Below are positions 1 to 12,894 of a stretch of 64,000 bases of DNA, in pieces. Source of the stretch: Octopus bimaculoides. Its lineage: Eukaryota. Below the pieces are notes generated by a model. That model did not search any database. It was not told the DNA's origin and was given only the letters and a program-made list of their open reading frames with translations. Made by a program: the position numbers and the translations under genes. The stretch spans positions 161,709,672 to 161,773,671 of the forward strand of contig NC_068981.1 in NCBI RefSeq assembly GCF_001194135.2, given 5' to 3'. The stretch's first letter is position 1. Every line of letters begins with the position of its first letter.

Positions 1-5
1 TTAGC

Positions 6-345
6 TCAGGCATGGCTGTGTGGTAAGAAGTTTGCTTCCAACAAAATGGCTCTTGGCTCAGTCTCACTGCTTGACATGTTGGGTAAGTGTCTTCTACTAT
101 AACCTCAGGCCGATCAAAGCATTATGAGTGAATTTTGTAGAAGGAAGCTGACAGAAATCCATTGTGAGTATGTGTGTGTGTGTGTGTGTGTACCTTGACA
201 TTGCATAATAGTTGTAAACAAGTGTCCCTGACATGCAAGCAGTGTCTGTTTCCAGTATTCTGTGAAATCATGCCTGGTCATGGGGAAATATTATGTCACT
301 AGGAAACAGGTAAGTGTTGGCAATAGGAAGAACATCCAGCTTTCC
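6..345 (+). mobile_element. tRNA-derived SINE, family A head plus (TG)n plus RTE-type tail (variant A/C), decayed
   Basis: Head 'ggcatggctgtgtggtaagaag...ggctcagtctcactgc' matches the other family A copies. After (TG)n comes the tail 'ggaaacaggtaagtgttggcaataggaagaacatccagc'. Confidence 0.7.
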
Positions 346-816
346 CATTATACCTTAGTACAAGGTAGTAAGCACTAAAAAGCAAAGTGTTTGATTCCAT
401 TTTTTACTTTACAAAAATACTTAGCAATATCAAGCAACACAAAGCCCTGTCCAATAATCTATCTGTCAGGCTTACAAGGCTGTGTAGTGTACAAGAAGAG
501 TACTTACAGAATCTGCAGTTTCCAAAATGAGGTACCACAGACAAACATTCACGCCTATTTTTTTCAACCAATACCCATTAACCTTATCACACTGCCTCAA
601 AACATACAGACAGCCTCACATGCATGACATCACATTCCCAGCCACCTAATATTTTCCAGATTCTGCTGCACATCTACTCTGACTGCTTAAATCCCAGAGA
701 AACCTGCCTCCAAAATACTAGTGTAGACCTATGAAATCCAGTGTTGGATTAACCTCGTAGCATGTTTAACATATACTATGAGTTCTGCATTGTTAAGCAT
801 TCTGTACCAAATGCAT

Positions 817-1028
817 TGAGCTGACAGAATCATTAGAGAGTTGAACAAAATGCTTTGTGGTATTTCCATTAGCTCTTTATGTTCTGAGCTCAAATCCCAC
901 TGAGGTCGGTTTTGCTTCTCATCCTTTCAGGGTTGATAAAAATAAAGTAACAGTCAAGTACTAGGGTTGATATAATTAACTCGTTCCTCCCCTAAAATCT
1001 CTGGCTTTGTGCTGAAATTAGAAAGAAT
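817..1028 (+). mobile_element. Nin/Deu-domain tRNA-derived SINE (family B), decayed
   Basis: Central 'ttttgcttctcatcctttcagggttgataaaataaagtaacag' matches the other family B copies. Confidence 0.7.
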
Positions 1029-1896
1029 TAATTATTATTATTATTATTATTATTATAGTATTTCTATTGTCTTCAACTTTTATGAATAACAGTCTTTAAA
1101 GTTGATCCAATATTTAGAATACTTCTAAAATTCAGTTCAGTTTGAATGTGACAAATTTCAATAATAAAATTGAATGGTGATAATTAAATGGGCAGATTTA
1201 ATTTGTTTTTATCAGATGCTAATTCATATACAAAATAAAGAACTTCTAGTTCTCTATTTTGGCACATTAAGCTCATCATACAGTAATTGAAATTATTATT
1301 TTTCTCATAAATAAGATCAGCTGAATGAATCAGATTATTATTAATATATTATTGACACCTTAATGCTAACTATTCCCATTAAATCAAATCAGAATTTTTA
1401 AACAGGAAAAGAAATATTTTATACTGTATAGCTTTTATTTTATTTAACCTTCTGCTATTAAGGAAAACTTTAGTAGGAAAAAAAAAAGGAAAATACAAGT
1501 TTAAATAATTAATATAGTCTCATTTTCAACCATATACCATGAAAGCAAATTTACATTATATTAGAGATCTATGTCAGGAGAGAATATTCAACATTTTGCA
1601 TTTCAGTTGATTAAGTAACATTGATGTTAGTGAATTCACTAACATTTAAGCTTTATGGTTTTAGGTTTGGAAGAAGGATCCAGCTATTCAAAATCACTTT
1701 TTAATCTATCACGTCTAAGCTGCGTTCTTCTTAAGTTTAACCTTCTAAATGTCACAACTCGACTAGCAAGCAGATATCAAGTTTTAGATAAAATGATAAA
1801 TAGTGGAAGACTTGCATTAAATTTGGTTACATTACACTCCTTTGTAAATTAATCTGTAGGTGCAGGAGTGGCTGTGTGGTAAGAAGCTTACTTCCC

Positions 1897-2478
1897 TGAA
1901 GAAGGTGAGCAACAATAGTTGCTCATTGAGAAAGGAGGTCCTTCCGGTTAAACCAACAGAGGCTCCTGCTCCTGCAGCCCCAAAGAAAAGAAGAAGGAGG
2001 AGAAATGGGACATGGCTGGCGGATGTTGATACACCATCGGCATGTCCCGATGCTTCATCGGTGGGAAGGGTGCCACCGATGAAGCAAACTGAGGCTCCCC
2101 CACTGTGAGTGGGACAGTGATTGCATTGTCTTCTACCACAGGGGAGGGGTCGCGGAGTGCTAGCTAGATGGCATACTGGACCGTGAATGGTTAGAGTCTG
2201 GGTGTCTGGACTATCCAGAGTGGCCACCACAAGTGTACACGGAGGTTCTGAGCAACTCAGAGTTGTTCCAGATAATGGCCTCCTTTAGAAAGATTTGATT
2301 TGATTTGACTGTATGTAATTTGAATTGTAAAAGAACAGTGATTTTGAGGGGTTTTCGGTCGGCAGGCACCGAATACCCCTTCCATTTTTAACATTCACAT
2401 TTTGTCATTTCTCATTCATTAATGTAAATGTCCAGCCCACATGCTTCTATGTAAAGCCTTCATATAAATAAATAAAAT
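1897..2478 (+). mobile_element. 5'-truncated retroelement-like fragment with decayed coding remnant, 3' hairpin and A-rich tail
   Basis: GC-rich island. Peptide-like frames are 'KPTEAPAPAAPKKRRRRR' and 'CEWDSDCIVFYHRGGVAEC*LDGILDREWLESGCLDYPEWPPQVYTEVL'. Hairpin 'ggggttttcggt...accgaatacccc' is followed by 'aaataaataaaa'. Family not identified. Confidence 0.4.
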
Positions 2479-2929
2479 AGGTCTGTAGTTTAGGGCCCCT
2501 TTATAATATGTATTACACAGACCTTGGACTTATTTAATTTGCCCATGACTAAGTTTATTGTATTCTTTCTTGCCAACAACACCAGAGTAAATAAACTTCA
2601 ACCAGAAAAGATGGGTGGATAAATTATTTTTTCAGAGTTGTCTCCTCTATGTTTCTTTACAGAAACAAACAATAAGCTAATGATTTTTACCTATCCTCTG
2701 TTAATTAATTAATTAATTAATTAAACTTTTGCTTGGCTCCTATCTTAGCACCGACATTTATAAATTGTTGTTGAGATCCTAGTCTATTCTGATTGAGCAG
2801 ACTTCTGATCAAAGGTTTCCCTAGCCATGTTCTTCAGTTCATTTGTGTTTTCGGACACACCTTATCTATCATATCTAAAACAACATTACATAAAGCATTC
2901 TTTATTTTTTATAGTAGTAGTGTTTAAGT

Positions 2930-3314
2930 GGAGGCGTAATGGCCCAGTGGCTAGGGCAGCGGACTCACGGTCATAGGATCGTGGTTTTGATTCCCAGACC
3001 AAGCGTTGTGGGTGTTTATTGAGCGAAAACACCTAAAGCTCCACGAGACTCCAGCAGGGGATGGTGGCGAACCCTGCTGTACTCTTTCACCACAACTTTC
3101 TCTCACTCTTACTTCCTGTTTCTGTTGTGCCTGTAATTCAAAGGGTCAGCCTTGTCACACTGTGTCACGCTGAATATCCCTGAGAACTATGTTAAGGGTA
3201 CACGTGTCTGTGGAGTGCTCAGCCAATTGCACGTTAATTTCACGAGCAGGCTGTTCCGTTGATTGGATCAACTGGAACCCTCAACGTCGTAAGCGATGGA
3301 GTGCCAACAACAAC
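2930..3314 (+). mobile_element. tRNA-Arg-like SINE (OR1/OR2-type), full length
   Basis: A/B-box head 'ggaggcgtaatggcccagtggctagggcagcggactc...ggttttgattcc' and (CAA)n tail. TSD agtagtgtttaagt / agtagtgtttgatt at 2916-2929 and 3315-3328. Confidence 0.85.
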
Positions 3315-3942
3315 AGTAGTGTTTGATTTGAAGGAGATTTGGCTGTTATTTCTACATGGGTGAGTGAACCATATACAAAACTTTCTCCTTGGGGCTTAAT
3401 ACTGCAGTTTTTGAAAGCAGTAGAATAAATGATGTTACAGCAAGGAAATTATTTAATTGATGAGCATTTTGTTAACTTTTATTGGTGAACTTGATTCTGA
3501 AATCCTCCCATGGGTTTGATGAAGGCAAGAAAATAAAAATAAAAGATAAAACATCAGTGTGTGTAACTTTGATTTAATCACAAAGTCTTTAGTTGTTCTG
3601 CTGTGACATGATAATGCTGTTGTATGGTATACTATGATGACAAGAATTATTGGAAATGGAAATTTAATTCATCTGATTCAATCCTATAAACCATCTCTTC
3701 CCTTACATTTTATTTAGAGCTATCTTTCTTCTACTTACTGTCAGAAAGCCAATGCCAATGATTTCAAACAGCTAAGTATAGGCTAGCATGAGACTCATGC
3801 TTCAAATGTCAGATTTATACAATTGGTGACTAACGTTAAATTTGTTGAAAATTCTCAAGAAGAAAAAAAAAATTGCTTTCCTAAGTGAGGTATGTTTATC
3901 AAAGATCTACATTGTGAGGACATGATAATATGGTTTATTATC

Positions 3943-4562
3943 CTTTTATTCTTTTACTTGTTTCAGTCATTTGACTGTGGCCATGCTGGAGCACCACCTT
4001 AAAGGGTTTTTTAGTTGAAGAGATCTATCCCATGACTTATTCTTTGTAAGCCTAGTGCTTATTCTATGAGTCTGTTTTGCTGAAGCGCTAAGTTAAGGGG
4101 ATGTAAACACACCAACATCAGTTGTCAAGTGATGGTGAGGGGCAAACATAGACACAAAGACACACACGCCATCCCACCCATGCCAACAAGAAAGGCAGAC
4201 GTCAAATGATGATGATGATAATATATATGTATGCAGCTGATGAAGGAAATGTTCTCTATGTGGCCTGTGTTTTCCGTACTCTGTTTATGTTCTGTTTTTC
4301 ATTTTGTCCACGTTTTTTGTGACGTCCTGTACCCAGATTTGCATCTATATATACATGTAGATGTAGGTATGTACATACATGTACGTATATATGCATATAC
4401 TCAAGGCCTTCTTTCAGTATTCATCTACCAAATCCACTCACAACGCTTTGGTCAACCTGAGGCTATAGTGGAAGACACTTGCCCAAGGTGCCATACAATG
4501 GGACTGAACCCAGAACCATGTGGTTGGAAACAAGCTTCTTACCACACAATCATGCCTGTGCC
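3943..4562 (-). mobile_element. Family A SINE with nested RTE tail (about 4169-4221) and AT-rich repeat (about 4231-4399)
   Basis: Matches the family A consensus on the minus strand and is interrupted at the internal microsatellite. Confidence 0.8.
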
Positions 4563-4857
4563 TATATTGGTTGTTTTACTTTTGCACATTTTTCTTTTAA
4601 AAAGATAGAAAAAAATAGTTGATTTAAAAGAGGGGAAGATGATGTGGGGTGGGAGTTAGGTGATAATGTGAAACCTACCATTTCTGTGTATAAAATTAAT
4701 GTTGTTAGTTGACTTTTGCCGTTCATCTCTATGATGATCATAAAGCAAGTACCAATAACATATTGAGGGATAGTTAAATTGACTGTTTGCTTCTGTCAAA
4801 ACCTGTAGCTTTATGCCTATATTTAAAATCATTATTTTATTTAGCTCATTTCACTAT

Positions 4858-5278
4858 TGTTACTCTTACTCTTACTCTTACTTGTTTCAGTCATTTGACT
4901 GTGGCCATGCTGGAGCACCACCTTTAGTCGAGCAAATCGACCCCAGGACTTATTCTTTGTAAGCCCAGTACTTATTCTATCGGTCTCTTTTGCCGAACCG
5001 CTAAGTTACGGGGACGTAAACACACCAGCATCAGTTGTGAAGCGATGTTGGGGGACAAACACACACACACAAACATATACACACACATACATACATATGT
5101 ATATATACATATATACGACGGGCTTCTTTCAGTTTCCGTCTACCAAATCCACTCACAAGGCTTTGGTCAGCCCGAGGCTATAGTAGAAGACACTTGCCCA
5201 AGATGCCACGCAGTGGGACTGAACCCGGAATCATGTGGTTGGTAAGCAAGCTACTTACCACACAGCCACTCCTACGCC
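4858..5278 (-). mobile_element. Family A tRNA-derived SINE, full length
   Basis: Head ggcgtaggagtggctgtgtggtaag, B-box-like ggttcagtccc, internal (TA)/(TG) tract, (GAGTAA)n tail. Confidence 0.9.
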
Positions 5279-6253
5279 TGATGAATTCTAATATTCCTAG
5301 GGACAATTTTTTATTGCCTTTTGTCTTGCGTGTTGACAAAACAGGTACCAAGTCAATAATACTCAGGTCAACTTGACAAATTAAGCCTGTCTTTATGAAT
5401 TTGTATCCCTGAAAGTGCAAGTATGTCTGAGTAGATGCAGAGTTCACATGGTTAGCGTGTGTTCTATCTCACTACAGAACTTTGGGCAAGTATCTTTTAC
5501 AGTAACCTTGGGCCAGAAAATGCCTGTAAGTAAAGTTGGTAGATGGAAACTGCATGGAAAGCTATAGTTGTCATCAGTGTGTTCATCTTCATTGTCATCA
5601 TCATCGTCATTGCTGTTGTTATTATCATCATTGTCATTGTTGTACATCATTGTCATCATCATCATTTAACACTTGTATCCCTTCCTAGCATGGGTCGGAT
5701 GGTTTGACAGGATCTGATGAGTCAGAGGACTGCATTAGACTCCAATATCTGCTCCATGCCCTACCTAATGCTAACTTTTTTTTACAGAGTGTACTAGCTG
5801 CTTTCTTTGTGGCACTTACACTAGTGAAGTAATCAAGTAACTAAAAAAACAAAACCCCTTATCTGAGGGTGAGCTGTATGGTAGGAGGTAGCTTTGTGTC
5901 AGGTGTTAAGAGGCTAAAGTGTGAAAGAAGGGACAGGAACAGGTGAATTACTTAGAGGAAAGACAGGAAAAGGAGAAAAGACAGTTGAGGTATCTGGGTC
6001 CTTAAGGTACATGAAAGTGGACAAAAGAGAATTGAGGATGGCTGGGTGGGTAGTTTGAAGAGAGTGTGAAAAGAGAGTGACAAACGGTAGAGATAAGGAT
6101 AGAGATGAATGAAGTGAATGATGAAGATGAGTGGAGGTGTGGTCAATGATAAAGTTTGGTTTGGGGGAAAGGTAAAGGAAAATATGAGTGGGTTAGAAAG
6201 GAGCAGATGATAGGTGGCAATATATAAAGGATGGGGTAGAGTGCAACAGCAAT

Positions 6254-6440
6254 CTAGTTTCTTTAGTGACCACCAAGTTACTGAATATGGTACCCTGTAA
6301 AAAGCCTTCTTCAAGTCAATTGAATGAAAGGAATAGTGGTTTATTTATCCTCAGTAAAGTACTTTTGCAGTCTCCTCACTTGGTAGATTGCATATGTGAT
6401 ACCTTTTCTGGACACAAAGCCAAGTTGCATTTCTATGTGA
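6254..6440 (-). mobile_element. RTE-clade LINE reverse transcriptase fragment (pseudogenised)
   Basis: Translates with frameshifts to 'EMQLGFVSRKGITYAIYQVRRLQK...DLKKAFYRVPYSVTWWSLKKL', matching the RT motifs Q.GF...R.T.DAI and DLEKAFDRV. Confidence 0.8.
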
Positions 6441-6573
6441 CAGGTCTACTCTGTCACAAATTAATTGTGTTATGATACATAATATGTATATGTATATATG
6501 TCCAACCCACGTCAGCATGGAAAACGGATGTTAAATGATGATGATGATGATGATGTGTGTATATATATATACA

Positions 6574-6630
<57 letters not shown>

Positions 6631-7258
6631 CAAAATAAGCAACAAAGATATGTGTATATATATATATATATATATATGTATATAAAAATATATGTATATC
6701 TATATGTCTATACATTTGTGTGTGTATATGTGTATACAGTTGTATCTGTATGTATGTGTGTACACATTTGTATGTGTGTGTGTATATATATATATAAATA
6801 TACAAACATATATATATGTTTGTATATGTGTATAAATGTGTGTGTGTGTGTGTATGTAAACACACACGCACATACACGAGGGCTTCAGCTCCTGGACCAG
6901 CTGATGTATTGTGTTCAGCTCACGTTGCTTTGCAATTACTTTGACGTCTGACATGTCGTATACTGTGCACCTGTTCAGGTAACATAAAATTGATGGAGGG
7001 AGTGAATTTCATCAAATACACTGCACATGTAAGTCAAAGAACCAGCTTTATTGCACATTGTGTTAAATTAAATCTGTACATAATATTGAGTATCACGTAC
7101 AGTACAAACATTTGGTCACCATGAACAAAATTGTTTGTGTAGCTCGTTCAGCAATAAATTGTAGAATTATCTGTCTTGGACGAATAGAAACTCCAGTACT
7201 TATGCATAATATATTCTATATATCTCCCAGATTTGTGTATATATATATATATATAAGT

Positions 7259-7561
7259 GGAGGTGCAATGGCCCAGTGGTTAGGACAGCGGACTCGCGGT
7301 CATAGGATCGCGGTTTCGATTCCCAGACCGGGCGTTGTGAGTGTTTATTGAGCGAAAACACCTAAAGCTCCATGAGGCTCCGGCAGGGGATGGTGGCGAA
7401 CCCTGCTGTACTCTTTCACCACTACTTTCTCTCACTCTTACTTCCTGTTTCTGTTGTGCCTGTAATTCAAAGGGTCAGCCTTATCACACTGTGTCACGCT
7501 GAATATCCCCGAGAACTACGTTAAGGGTACACGTGTCTGTGGAGTACTCAGCCACTTGCAC
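7259..7561 (+). mobile_element. tRNA-Arg-like SINE (OR-type), truncated by an N-gap
   Basis: Nearly identical to 2930-3314 and 44084-44473. Confidence 0.85.
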
Positions 7562-8149
7562 NNNNNNNNNNNNNNNNNNNNNNNNNNNNNNNNNNNNNNN
7601 NNNNNNNNNNNNNNNNNNNNNNNNNNNNNNNNNNNNNNNNNNNNNNNNNNNNNNNNNNNNNNNNNNNNNNNNNNNNNNNNNNNNNNNNNNNNNNNNNNNN
7701 NNNNNNNNNNNNNNNNNNNNNNNNNNNNNNNNNNNNNNNNNNNNNNNNNNNNNNNNNNNNNNNNNNNNNNNNNNNNNNNNNNNNNNNNNNNNNNNNNNNN
7801 NNNNNNNNNNNNNNNNNNNNNNNNNNNNNNNNNNNNNNNNNNNNNNNNNNNNNNNNNNNNNNNNNNNNNNNNNNNNNNNNNNNNNNNNNNNNNNNNNNNN
7901 NNNNNNNNNNNNNNNNNNNNNNNNNNNNNNNNNNNNNNNNNNNNNNNNNNNNNNNNNNNNNNNNNNNNNNNNNNNNNNNNNNNNATACTCAGATAACCAA
8001 AATTTCAAGGAGTTCCTGCCTTAAAAACAGGAACTAAACCACAGTTATTTTGTGTTCTTTGCTACATTGGTTTCTATTAACCCATTTATTCTATCAGAAG
8101 AATTTTTATTCATTAAGATAGAAGAAATACACATAATTATATATATATA

Positions 8150-8169
8150 TATATATCATCATCATCATC

Positions 8170-8201
<32 letters not shown>

Positions 8202-8660
8202 CATCATTTAACGTCTGCTTTCCATGCTGGTATGGGTTGAATGGTTTGGCATGGAGCTGCCTAGCAGGGAGCTGTCCAGGCTCTAACTGTCTGCTGCGGC
8301 ACGGTTTCTATGGCTTAACATTGTGACTTAAGAGTGCGATGGATACTTTTACACATGCCACCGTGCCACTGGCACGAGTGCATTTATGCAGCACTGGCAC
8401 AGGTGCATTAATGCAGTACTGACATGGGTGCTTTTTAAGTGCCACAGCTTGACATGTCTTATCAAGTACAGCAAATTATCTCATCTCTCAGTCCCTCGTC
8501 ATTTCCTCAGTGAGGCCCAGCGTCTGAAGATTCTTTCTCACCACTTCATTCCATATCTTCTTGGGTTCACCCCTTTCACAGGTACCCTCCACAATTAGAG
8601 CTCAGCATTCTTTTACACAGCTCTCCTCATCCATACGCACACTTCTTTGTGCAGCTAAGC
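8150..8660 (-). mobile_element. RTE LINE 3' end (ORF2 terminus, 3'UTR, (ATG)n tail)
   Basis: Homologous to 34650-35770; (CAT)n on the plus strand is the tail. Confidence 0.7.
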
Positions 8661-8914
8661 TCGTCCATATGCATATATATGTAAGATGATGCAAACAGGA
8701 AAAATAGAGCTTAAAATATATGTATATGGATGTATATGAATATATGTATATTTTTATTAATATTCAGTAAAGGTAACAGAGCAACTGAAGGCCCGCGAGT
8801 TTTGTGAGTTGGCACTAGTGCCAATGCATGAAACTCTCAGACCTTAAGTCATACAGCAGAAATCCTTGTTTTACTGGTTATACATGTGGAAATCGACTAA
8901 TATCTGCAGAATTC

Positions 8915-9150
8915 ATCATCATCACCATTATTTAACGTTCGTTTCCATGCTGGCATGGGTTGGATGGTTTGACCGATGTCTGGAAAGCCAGTGGCTGCAC
9001 CAGGCTCCAAGCTGGATGCCCTTCCTAACGCCAACCACTCCGAAAGTTTAGTGGGTGCTCTTTATGTGCTACCGGCATGGGAGCCAGTCAGAAGGCACTG
9101 GTATCAGCCATGTTTGAATAGTGCTTTTTACATGCCACTGGCATGGGAGG
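8915..9150 (-). mobile_element. RTE LINE 3'UTR fragment
   Basis: Shared motifs 'ggatgcccttcctaacgccaaccac' and 'tttccatgctggcatgggttgga'. Confidence 0.7.
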
Positions 9151-9334
9151 CTTTAATCCATTGCTTGCAAAGCCACCCACCTGAAGACGTGCAAGTACAC
9201 AGCTATTGTTGATTCATATTAATGCAATAATGTGCATAATATGTGAAACACTCAGCAATTACCAGACACATTTGTAGTGATTTAGTTTAAAGCCTGTTCA
9301 TTCTATCATCTTGTATCCTAATTATAGATACAAG

Positions 9335-10185
9335 CAGGGTGCAATGAGTAAATTGTTGCCATTTTATATTTTTAATTTCGAGCATGTGCATTTTTTGTTT
9401 TTGATTTTGCTGACTACACAGTATGGTAGAGTCAGTTGGGCACCATCTGTGAGAAAAACAGCATCATGACGTAATTCACTCTGCCAGAAATTTGGAAATG
9501 ACATGCTGTACTGCTTCGCATTTGTGTCAGAAGCTCCAATTCAAACATTTCAGTGTTGGGTGTCAATCTGAGTCACCAAAACGTGTACTGAGATTGATAA
9601 AAATCAAACATCCAGTCAACATCATGGTGTTAGGAGTGTTCACTAGTGATGGCAACGTTATGCCTCCATTCATCTTCCCGCACAGCCTCAGACTCAACAT
9701 GGAGGCCTATATATCAAGTGCTTGGAGGAAGTAGCGCTGCCCTGGGTCAAGAGGGTGGCTGCTGGAAGACAGGACTCTGCACCATGCCACACATGCAGAA
9801 CCCAGTCATGGATGTCACACTATTTCTGCAACTACATTGCCTTTAACATCTTGTCACCTAATTTCCCAGACTGCAAGCTTCTTGACTATTATGCATGGGG
9901 CACAGTCGAGCGAGAGACCAACAAAACCCCTTGTAACACCAATGATGAACTGAAGGCAAGGATTATGGCAGCATTTACCAACTTAAACAAGAAGACCGCC
10001 CAGAAAAGTGGCAGGAGATTCCGAAGTTGTCTGGAGGCTGTCAATGGCAATTTTATAGACTAAATTTACTCTTTAGTATTTCAAGATATTTTTTTGTAAT
10101 TTTGGTAAATATATCTGTTAAAATGAGATGTCTGTGTTATTTTCATTTTGCGTAATTTAGGTGATAATTCATTTACCGCATCCTG
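9335..10185 (+). mobile_element. Internally deleted Tc1/mariner element, maT (DD37D)-like
   Basis: Transposase remnants 'KHPVNIMVLGVFTSDGNVMPPFIFP', 'QDSAPCHT' and 'SPNFPDCKLLDYYAWGTVERETNK'. 26-bp imperfect TIRs match at 17/26 with all mismatches transitions. TA follows the right end. Confidence 0.85.
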
Positions 10186-10186
10186 T

Positions 10187-10242
<56 letters not shown>

Positions 10243-10244
<2 letters not shown>

Positions 10245-10880
10245 TTTTATTTATTTTTTTTTATTTCAGTCATTTGACTGCAGCCATGCTGGAGCACCAC
10301 CTTGAAGGATTTTAGTTGAACAAATCGACCCAGGATTAATTTTCTTTAAGCTTAGTACTTATTCTATCGATATCTTTTGTTGAACTGCTAAGTTACAGGA
10401 ATGTAAACACAGCAACACTAGGTATCAAGCGATGATGGGGGGACAAATACAGATCCAAAGACACACACACATATGATGGGCTTCTTTCAGTTTCCATCTA
10501 CCAAATCCACTTACAAGGCTTTGGTCAGCCTGAGGCTATAGTAGAAGGCACTTGCCCAAGGTACCATGCAGTGGGACTGAACCTGGAACCATGTGGTTGG
10601 GAAGCAAGCTTCTTATTTCTTTATTGCCCACAAGGGTCTAAACATAGAGGGGACAAACAAGGATAGACAAACTGATTAAGTCGATTATATCGACCCAGTG
10701 CATAACTAGTACTTAATTTATCGACCCTGAAAGGATGAAAGGCAAAGTCGACCTCAACGGAATTTGAACTCAGAACGTAACGGCAGACGAAATACCCTTA
10801 AGCATTTCGCTCGGCGCGCTCTCGATTCTGCCATCTCGCCGCCTTCAGCAAGCTTCTTACCACACAGCCATGCCTACACC
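10243..10880 (-). mobile_element. Family A SINE interrupted by a family B SINE
   Basis: The consensus match resumes after the insertion. Confidence 0.8.
10616..10846 (-). mobile_element. Nin/Deu-domain SINE (family B)
   Basis: 13-bp TSD agcaagcttctta at 10603-10615 and 10847-10859; core 'ttatcgaccctgaaaggatgaaaggcaaagtcgacc'. Confidence 0.85.
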
Positions 10881-12346
10881 TATATTTATGTATATATAAT
10901 AAGACAGTAGAGTATAACTTGAGGGAGATGTGGTTGCTGTTTCTCCAAGGGTGAGCAACTGCGAGGCTCCCTCAGTAGTTCATTTTAATTCATATTTTCC
11001 CAGTAGTTATTAAATTGCAGATGTTCAAACAAAATAAACATCAGGCCTATCATTCTATCTTCACCAGACTGGTAGGACCAGCAATGTATGTTAAGCTTCT
11101 CATTTTCCCCCTCCACCCCTCTCCTCCTCCGCCTCCTCTAGCCTCCCCTCCACCCCTCTCCTCCTTCATTGTCTTCTGCTTTCATTCTTCTTTATTTCTT
11201 TTCCAATCTTCTTTCAATTTTCTTCTTCTTTTTCTTCTTCTTTCTTTCTTTCTTTCCTTCTTCTCTTCTTTCATCCTTCTTTCGTTCATTCGATCTGACA
11301 CTCGAGTCCAATTAAACAACAGACACAAACATTAAAATTTCCCCTTTCATGTTGTAATGTTTTTATTCACATATCAGTTCTTATACCTATGCACATGCTG
11401 ATCACACATGCGTGTGTGCACACACACACACACACACACATACATACACGCGTATACATGCTCATCTAAGACTTAGGGAGATACCTCAGTAAAAGAGAAG
11501 AAAATTGATTTTCATAGAGGAGTTTTTCTCACCGAAGCAGAGATGTATGTAAAGTGCATATGGTAGTCTGTTTGACGGAAGCACAATTATCTGTGACTGA
11601 AGAGAAAATTATCGTTTTATAAGCCAGACTGACATATTGTAAGGACTAGATAGATATGGGTGGGAGTCATTGTTTTACTGTAGATATTTGTAAGCATAAT
11701 GGATATTTAAGCTCAACATGTTGGAGAAATAGAGAGAAAGAAGAGGGGGGAAATGTAGAGGAGGGAGGGAGAGAGAGAGAGACAGGGATAGAGAAAAAGG
11801 AAAAGGAAGATGTATGGTTGTTTTGTACAAGAAGCATGTCAAAGAGGAAGGGGAGAAAAGAGTAAAGTGAGAGAGAGGGAGAGGGAGGAGAGATGGAGAG
11901 TCATACAAAAGGAAGTCAAGATTAAAGCTTTCAATGTTTTTATTATACTTTGAAAATTTGATATCAGTATTAAGATAAATAAATAATTCCTGTTGAGATT
12001 GTGGCATCAATGAAGTAAAACTAAATAAAACAAGATTACGAGACATAAAAGAACACACAAACACACACACACGTGAGTGCACATATGCACAATAATCACA
12101 CTTAAGTTTGGAAGGTAATTACAGCACATTTCTTGTATATTTTTCTAAAAGTAACAATGTTTACCTTGCAGTTGTTTCTTTCTAGTAAACAAATGAGCAG
12201 TGGGATAGTTATAGTGTGTGCCTTTTAGAGCAGCACTTGAGTATTTTCCCAACCCACAACTGTGCCAATATAGTCTATACAGGCTTAGGCAGCAGGCATA
12301 AAAGTGTTGCTCGAGGTGAAAGGCTCCACAACTATATATAAGCTTT

Positions 12347-12855
12347 ACAGGAGTGGCTGTGTGGTAAGTAGTTTGCTTACCAACCACATGGTTCTGCATT
12401 CAGTCCCAGTGTGTGGCACTGTGGGTAAGTGTCTTCTACAATGGCCTTGGGCCCTGTGAGTGGATTTGTCAGACAGAAACTGAAAGAAGCCCATCGTACA
12501 TATATATGTATATATATATTGTCCTTGCCTTCGAAACGCGGAGTAGATGGGACAGGGATAACTAAAGAAAGGAAATATTCTTTATGTTGCATGTCTCGTT
12601 TCTCTGTTTGTTTTTTTCGTTGTTCGAAAAAAAGTTCGTTTTCTGTCTTCGTCTTTATGTTTTCGTTTCTCATTGTGTTTAACGTTTTTTGTGATGTCCT
12701 GTACCCATATATGCATCTATGTGTACATATAGATGTAGGTATGTACATATATGTATGGATATATGCATATGNNNNNNNNNNNNNNNNNNNNNNNNNNNNN
12801 NNNNNNNNNNNNNNNNNNNNNNNNNNNNNNNNNNNNNNNNNNNNNNNNNNNNNNN

Positions 12856-12894
<39 letters not shown>

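Noticed and set aside
2930-3000. tRNA gene-like sequences at SINE heads (also 7259, 36362, 44084, 57927 and family A/B heads)
   Set aside because: They have A/B boxes but continue into SINE bodies with TSDs and lack a complete cloverleaf acceptor stem.
5045-5376. Recurrent peptide 'QIHSQGFGQPEAIVEDTCPRCH' in many ORFs
   Set aside because: It is the antisense translation of the family A SINE, not a gene family.
5715-5745. CTGATGA motifs at about 5715, 14843, 25883 and 39017 as hammerhead cores
   Set aside because: No correctly spaced stem II, GAAA and stem III follow.
6512-6954. ORFs rich in YI, HT or CV dipeptides (also 21527-21802, 25055-25816, 43318-43656, 45958-47217, 50597-51910, 56524-57048)
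   Set aside because: These are translations of (TA)n, (CA)n and (TG)n microsatellites.
7484-8024. Long ORFs containing X runs (also around 12.4-13.0, 13.6-14.0, 18.5-18.8, 41.0-41.4, 49.7-50.4 and 62.2-62.8 kb)
   Set aside because: They are open only because they cross N-gaps.
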